Shown one piece after another: positions 58,986 through 64,000 of a DNA stretch of 64,000 nt. How positions within the stretch are numbered: the first letter of the stretch is position 1; the number at the start of each line of letters is the position of its first letter. The notes below the pieces were generated by a model. The model was not told the origin of the DNA. It worked only from the letters and a program-made list of their open reading frames with translations, and made no database searches. The DNA is from Candidatus Delongbacteria bacterium (lineage in GTDB: Bacteria; CAIWAD01), in the NCBI GenBank assembly GCA_963663545.1, contig OY760505.1, forward strand, positions 1,952,001 through 2,016,000, given 5' to 3'. The position numbers and the translations under genes were made by a program.

Positions 58986-59453
58986 CTAATGTCGGGACGG
59001 ATGGGCGGGTCGCACCAGCCACTGTTGCTGGCTAATATCCAGCCTCTCTTGTCCAAGCATGTAGGTACTGACAAACTCTCGCAGTTCTTCAAAGGGCACT
59101 TCGGAGCGCTCGCTCCACATCGCGCGGGCGATGTAAGCTTCGGTTTCAGCCGTGTTCAACAGGCTGCTGTTCTGTAGCTCCGCAAGAAATCCCTTTGCCT
59201 CGGGACTAAGGAAATTATGTTCAACTTCGTGCAGGATCCGTCGGCTGTTCGGGTGCACGGCCTCGCCCTGGTACGCTGGTCCCTGAACGCCCATCTGCTC
59301 GGCAAGCCATTCCATGGCCTGTCGCACATCGTCGTGCTCAAAGCCGCGGCGAAGCAGCTCGTCGGCGACAGACTCGGTGTCGATCAGCTCGCTATTACCG
59401 GAGAGTAGATGCTGCAACAGCAGCAGCAGGATTTCGGCTAGTTTGGCGTTCAC
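58986..59453 (-). CDS. smg: Smg/DUF494 protein
   Basis: ELLRRGFEHDDVRQAMEWL, RILHEVE, LSPEAKGFL; directly upstream of topA. Confidence 0.8.
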   Translation of the reverse strand: MNAKLAEILLLLLQHLLSGNSELIDTESVADELLRRGFEHDDVRQAMEWLAEQMGVQGPAYQGEAVHPNSRRILHEVEHNFLSPEAKGFLAELQNSSLLNTAETEAYIARAMWSERSEVPFEELREFVSTYMLGQERLDISQQQWLVRPAHPSRH

Positions 59454-59567
59454 CCTTGCCTTTCCATTCGGACCCTTAGCGCGCAAAATAGCAAAAGCAC
59501 CGAGCAGCGCAAGTGTGTGCCGATAAAGGCACTGTGCCGAAGATTCAAATGTATGGTAGCCTGGACA

Positions 59568-60359
59568 CTATTCTGGAGTGGCAAGCCGATCGCCCTGGAA
59601 GGCCTTGCTGCTGAAGTCGAAGCTGATGCGAAAACCGCCGATGCGCATGGTGATGTAACGAAGCCGGTCGCTGGCGGGGTCTATCCAGGCATGGAAGCTC
59701 ATGGCGCGTTTGCCCTCGGGAGCTGAAAGCAGTTGATAGCGATAGTAGTAGCCCGTAAGGCCGGGCATCTCCTTGTTCTGCTGCCTCCGGTTCACCTTGC
59801 CGAAACAGGTCGTCAGGGCGTCGCGATCGATTTCGGGCAAGCTAAGGAGCTGCGCTTCGTTCAAATGGCATGTGACACGTTTACTGCTTAGGTCTAGATC
59901 CGTGTCACCGCTAACAAAGCTCTCCACCAGCAGGCTCACCGTACCGTCGCCCAAGGCTTGGCTGAAGTGGCGATCAACCGCGAGTTCCGTCATGCGCTGG
60001 TTTTGAAAATGTGCTTCAAGACTGATTCGCGGACCCGCATAGTCCGGCACGCGTTGCCAGGTCCAGACCCAGATACTATCGAGGCCCTCGCTGTTTCTGA
60101 TGCACCTTGTCGGCTCGCGACCGCTGGCTAGAACACGCACATCGAGGGGTTTTAGCACGGGATCAAGGAAGACTAAGGTGGGACCGCGCAGGCTATCCGC
60201 GGGCAACATGCGAAAGTTTTTCTCGTACTCTTTGAACTGTCCGCGAGTGGCCCATAAACGGCCAACAGTGCCGACAAAACAGCCACTAAGCACCAAGAGG
60301 AGGAGGCAAAACAGGGTGGCGAGCGCCGGTGTACGGTATTTTGTAAGCTTGACAAACAT
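59568..60359 (-). CDS. Hypothetical lipoprotein
   Basis: Lipobox LSGC after a hydrophobic stretch. Confidence 0.6.
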   Translation of the reverse strand: MFVKLTKYRTPALATLFCLLLLVLSGCFVGTVGRLWATRGQFKEYEKNFRMLPADSLRGPTLVFLDPVLKPLDVRVLASGREPTRCIRNSEGLDSIWVWTWQRVPDYAGPRISLEAHFQNQRMTELAVDRHFSQALGDGTVSLLVESFVSGDTDLDLSSKRVTCHLNEAQLLSLPEIDRDALTTCFGKVNRRQQNKEMPGLTGYYYRYQLLSAPEGKRAMSFHAWIDPASDRLRYITMRIGGFRISFDFSSKAFQGDRLATPE

Positions 60360-60377
60360 CGGCCTATAATGTACTCT
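60341..60377 (+). promoter_or_regulatory. Candidate sigma-70 promoter(s) for the gene at 60453
   Basis: TTGTAA-N18-TATAAT and overlapping TTGACA-N17-TACTCT. Confidence 0.45.
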
Positions 60378-60452
60378 CGAAATTCTGGTTTTACGCCGAC
60401 GAGCAAAAAGGTTCTAAACAGATTATAAGTCAACGGATCATTCACAACCCTC

Positions 60453-62657
60453 ATGACGGCATCCCGGGCAAGTAAGGAATTCGCCAAAGCACTCTCGCAG
60501 TTGGCACGTCTCCAGGAGAGCCAGCATCTTAAAGTTGAGGTGCTGTATTATCTGGCTGCAGAGGGCGACTCCGTCCCGCGCGAAGAACTGATGGGGGTTC
60601 TGGCCACGGCCGGCGATCCCGATCCACGAGCCTCGCTGAAGGCTTTGGTGGACGCAGGACTGATTCGTAACCGACGTCTGCAATCTGCCGGTGACACACT
60701 CCCTGTATTAAGTCTGGTCGAAGAGCTGAAGCCGCTGTTGATGCTTCCGCCCTTTTACTGTAATCGCATGCGTTCGCGCCTCGCGTCAGCGAGCATTCCT
60801 GACCTCAAGCGCATGGTCGAGGGTTTCTACGCCCAGTCGCCGATTAGCGTGGATGCTGAATCCCGGAATCCGGTCGCGCTGTTGGCGGGCATGAAAGCAC
60901 TGCTCCTCGATCCGGCGGCATTCCGCGAAGCAGCAACGAAGAACCTGGACCTGGCACAGCGAGCCATGCTAAAAGTGCTTTCCATGGCTCCGCGCGGACT
61001 CACCTTGCGCGAGCTGAAGCAGCACCTTGGCTACTTTGGCGAAAAGCTGGGCAGCGAGGACCTGAAGCAGATGCTGCAGGAAACCTGGCGCATTTGCGGG
61101 CTGATCTACACCAGCGAGGGTGACGCGGTGTTACGCCGCGACCAGTACTTCCCCGGTGATACACGCGTGATGCTTGTTCAGGATGCGGTTGCCATGATCA
61201 AGGGCAACTTCATGCTGGACAGTGCTCCGCTGCAAATTATCCCGGTCTTCAATGCACGGCAGACACCCGACACGTGGAAGGTGCGTCTCGAGTTGGGCAT
61301 GGGTTTCCGCAACGCCATGGTCATTCTGACTTGGTTGATCAGTCACCGTGTATCACGCATCCTCAAGGGGGGTGTGCACAAGACTGAGATCCGCAAAGTG
61401 AACTCCATGTTCACACCGCCACAGGAAGATGCCTCGCTCTTCAATCATCTCTTCGACTATTTCGAGCAGTACGATATCGTGCGTGTGCACAACGGTGTGT
61501 GGGCGGTCAATGTGCCCAAGGCGCAGAAGTTCTTTGCCGATCCCGCTGCCACACTGCAGGCCATGATGAACGACTACTACGGTCTGGACATCATGGATCG
61601 TGCCAGCTGTGATGCGCGAGCCGAGTCACAAGAGGCTGGCACCTTTGATCCGCTGCGCGTTATCTGGCTGCTGCGCTTCATCAGCTCCCAGGTCTGGATT
61701 GGGGTCGAAGAATTCGCGCACCTTTATGTGCAGCTCGAAGGCGGGTTCCGTGATACAAACTATCGCACCGAAGTAGAGAAGTTTGTTGCCCACCAGCTCG
61801 ATCGTCCACTGTTTTGGTTCGGTCTGGTCGAGCTGTCGCGTGATCCGGACGAGGGGCGGCTGCTCTTTCGTCTGAGCGAGCGGGGCCGATGCGTGTTACA
61901 CGAAGGCAAAATGCCGGATGACCTGGGGCAGATGTTCCAGCAGCAGGAGAAACTGCTGGTGCAGAGCAACCTGGAAATCTTTTTGCCGAATCGTTTCTCG
62001 CCAGCGGGGACGCTCTTCCTTGCACGCTTCGCAGATTTCACCGGAAAATGCTTCAAGCTCAACAACCAGTCGCTTTCCCGCGGACTGGATTCCGGTTTGA
62101 ATCTCGAGCAGATTCGCGACTTCCTACGCGACAACTCTTCGCAAGAGATCCCGCAGAACGTCAGCTATCTGCTTGAGGAAGTGGCCAATCGCCACGGACA
62201 TCTGTTGGTGGATCCGCAGCGCATGCTCATCAAGACCGAGACGCCTTTCCTCTTGAAGGAGCTGAGCATTGTTCCGGGCTTGCGCCGCTATTACCTTGCA
62301 CAAATCAGTGACACTGTCATGCTGCTGGCGCACGATGCAAAAGTCCCGCGCATGGTGGAAGAGCTGAGACGAATGGGCTATCTGCCGCGTGTTCGCTGGG
62401 ATGCCGTCATCGACGAGAGCGTCGATCAACTGGATTTGACTCTTGAAGAGCGGCAGCAGTTGGTGGCTTTGATTAAGGCGTATGAGTTCTCCGACCAGGT
62501 GGATCCGCGCCTGGGGCAGACGCTGCTGCAAATCGACAAGCAGCTCGACGAAGAGGACCAGGCCTTGAAACAGGCTACGAAGCAGCGCAGTCTGGGACTC
62601 TCCTATGAACTTCTGGAGCGACTTGGAAGGGCTGTGCGCCAAGGCTACTTGAAGTAG
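60453..62657 (+). CDS. Helicase-associated domain protein (Helicase_C_3 / XPB-partner type)
   Basis: LFWFGLVEL...FRLSERG, LLVQSNLEIF...LARFAD...FKLNNQSLSRGLDSG...FLRDNSSQEIPQNVSYLLEE. Confidence 0.75.
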   Translation: MTASRASKEFAKALSQLARLQESQHLKVEVLYYLAAEGDSVPREELMGVLATAGDPDPRASLKALVDAGLIRNRRLQSAGDTLPVLSLVEELKPLLMLPPFYCNRMRSRLASASIPDLKRMVEGFYAQSPISVDAESRNPVALLAGMKALLLDPAAFREAATKNLDLAQRAMLKVLSMAPRGLTLRELKQHLGYFGEKLGSEDLKQMLQETWRICGLIYTSEGDAVLRRDQYFPGDTRVMLVQDAVAMIKGNFMLDSAPLQIIPVFNARQTPDTWKVRLELGMGFRNAMVILTWLISHRVSRILKGGVHKTEIRKVNSMFTPPQEDASLFNHLFDYFEQYDIVRVHNGVWAVNVPKAQKFFADPAATLQAMMNDYYGLDIMDRASCDARAESQEAGTFDPLRVIWLLRFISSQVWIGVEEFAHLYVQLEGGFRDTNYRTEVEKFVAHQLDRPLFWFGLVELSRDPDEGRLLFRLSERGRCVLHEGKMPDDLGQMFQQQEKLLVQSNLEIFLPNRFSPAGTLFLARFADFTGKCFKLNNQSLSRGLDSGLNLEQIRDFLRDNSSQEIPQNVSYLLEEVANRHGHLLVDPQRMLIKTETPFLLKELSIVPGLRRYYLAQISDTVMLLAHDAKVPRMVEELRRMGYLPRVRWDAVIDESVDQLDLTLEERQQLVALIKAYEFSDQVDPRLGQTLLQIDKQLDEEDQALKQATKQRSLGLSYELLERLGRAVRQGYLK

Positions 62658-62775
62658 AATTTCGCTACGGGGGAATTCTAGCGGGCGCAAGCCCGCTTGG
62701 TAACATGAATCAAACAGGATTGTACAATCCTTTCGGCCGGTCATTGACTGGCCGTCCTTGCATAAGGAGGAGGCG

Positions 62776-63843
62776 ATGAGCCTGACCCGTGAAAAGATCT
62801 TGCAGATGCCCAAGGCGGAGCTTCACTGCCACCTTGACGGCTCGCTACGCTTGGAAACCATGATTGCGCTGGCCAAAGAGCGCAAGGTCAAGCTGCCCTC
62901 GGAGGATCCTGCGGAACTGCGCAGCATCCTGCGTCTGGGCGACAATTTCGACAACCTGGTAGACTACCTCACCGTGTTCAAACACACGCTGTCGGTGATG
63001 CAGGATCGCGAGGCGCTAGAGCGCACCGCGTTTGAGCTCGCCGAGGACTGCGCCGCCGAGAACGTCCGCTGGCTGGAGGTCCGTTACAGTCCCATTCTCC
63101 ACACCGAGCAGGGGCTGAGTCTCACGCGCGTCATGGACGCTGTGCTTGACGGTCTGCGCCGCGCGGAGCGCAAGTACAACATTCGCTGCGGCGTCATTGT
63201 GTGCGGCATGCGCAATATCAACCCCAGTACTTCGATGCGGTTGGCCGAGTTGACGGTGGCCTACAAGAATTCTGGCGTGGTCGGTTTCGACCTTGCCGGT
63301 GCCGAGGCCAACTTCCCGGCCAAGGACCACCGCGAGGCCTTTTATCTGATTCGAAACAACAACATTAACTGCACGGTGCACGCAGGCGAGGCCTATGGCC
63401 CCGAGAGCATTCATCAGGCATTGCATTTCCTCAACGCGCACCGCATCGGCCACGCGACACGGCTCAAAGAAGACGGCGATCTATTGAATTACATGAACGA
63501 CCGCCGCATTCCCATTGAAGCCTGTCCTACGAGCAATGTGCAGACACGTGTCGTGCGCGACTTGGGAGAGCATCCCATTCGCTTCTATCTGGATTACGGT
63601 CTGCGTGTTACCGTGAACACCGACAATCGCCTGATCAGTGATACAACGGTGACGGAAGAGCTGTGGCGCTTGACGCAGCAGTTCGGCCTTGATGAGACCG
63701 AGGTGGTCAAATTGGTCACCAATGGATTCAAATCCGCCTTTCTGCCCTACCGCGAGAAGCAGAACATGATCAACGACGCTCTGCACGAAGTGGGCTTCGG
63801 CGGTGTTCTGGTCGGTTACGGCGAGGATGATATTCGCAAGTAA
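62776..63843 (+). CDS. add: Adenosine deaminase
   Basis: PKAELHCHLDGS, DLAGAE, HAGE, RIGH, CPTSN, NTDN. Confidence 0.93.
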   Translation: MSLTREKILQMPKAELHCHLDGSLRLETMIALAKERKVKLPSEDPAELRSILRLGDNFDNLVDYLTVFKHTLSVMQDREALERTAFELAEDCAAENVRWLEVRYSPILHTEQGLSLTRVMDAVLDGLRRAERKYNIRCGVIVCGMRNINPSTSMRLAELTVAYKNSGVVGFDLAGAEANFPAKDHREAFYLIRNNNINCTVHAGEAYGPESIHQALHFLNAHRIGHATRLKEDGDLLNYMNDRRIPIEACPTSNVQTRVVRDLGEHPIRFYLDYGLRVTVNTDNRLISDTTVTEELWRLTQQFGLDETEVVKLVTNGFKSAFLPYREKQNMINDALHEVGFGGVLVGYGEDDIRK

Positions 63844-63877
63844 AGACGACGTTGTGATACAAGACAAGAGGCTCCGC

Positions 63878-64000
63878 ATGAAGAAATGTCTGTTTGGCCT
63901 GGCCCTGGTGCTACTGGCCTCGGTAACCCCGCTTCGCGCCCAGCAAGCTGATCATGTGGTGATCAGCGAGCTGCGCTACTACGAGACCTCCCAGGTCAAT
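63878..64000 (+). CDS. Secreted protein, probably lamin-tail-domain (3' end outside window)
   Basis: GAGG RBS, MKKCLFGLALVLLAS signal peptide, DHVVISEL. Confidence 0.55.
   Translation, partial: MKKCLFGLALVLLASVTPLRAQQADHVVISELRYYETSQVN

Larger units (their letters stand above)
132..63860. repeat. Dispersed, highly iterated 7-8 bp motif GTGATAC(A)/(T)GTATCAC, family GTRWYAC
   Basis: About 53 GTGATAC and 49 GTATCAC counted by eye (e.g. 139, 229, 668, 4846, 34298, 34307, 47484, 63854), plus many GTGACAC, GTGTCAC, GTGTTAC, GTAACAC, GTATTAC and GTAATAC. Confidence 0.9.

Noticed and set aside
132..63860. Reading the iterated motif as Chi or KOPS
   Set aside because: Those signals are strand-polarised along a replichore; here both orientations are about equally frequent and the family is palindromic
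132..63860. Reading the motif as a CRISPR, REP or MITE repeat
   Set aside because: It is only 7-8 bp, irregularly spaced, mostly inside coding sequence, with no conserved longer flanks and no cas or transposase gene

Overview
Gene-dense bacterial chromosome segment of roughly 57% GC (estimated by eye). A PorU/PorV-like pair and a second protein with a T9SS-type C-terminal sorting domain suggest an FCB-group lineage (inference). Housekeeping content: XPB-type helicase 3' end, mutY, gpmI, engB, hutH, obgE, ssb, nnr, hprK, hpf, xerC, topA, smg, add, tRNA-Val and tRNA-Asp. Other modules: a T9SS-like envelope cluster, an orphan microcompartment-type ALDH plus a degenerate PduL, a MoxR/DUF58/PBP1A/SPOR run with a frameshifted PBP, a K+ channel with a separate cNMP-binding protein, an octaheme cytochrome/cytochrome b/2x YeeE sulfur cluster, and an incomplete mannose-family PTS. 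No CRISPR array, transposase or prophage was seen. The strongest unexplained signal is a highly iterated short motif, GTGATAC(A)/(T)GTATCAC, part of the degenerate palindrome GTRWYAC. I counted by eye about 100 exact copies, against about 6 expected from base composition, plus about 75 copies of the other family members. It lies on both strands about equally, sits inside genes using A-ending codons, forms inverted pairs at gene ends, and is scarce in several genes with strong GC3 codon bias. This is how DNA-uptake sequences and HIP1-like elements behave. All counts are manual and all product calls come from motif recognition, not database searches.
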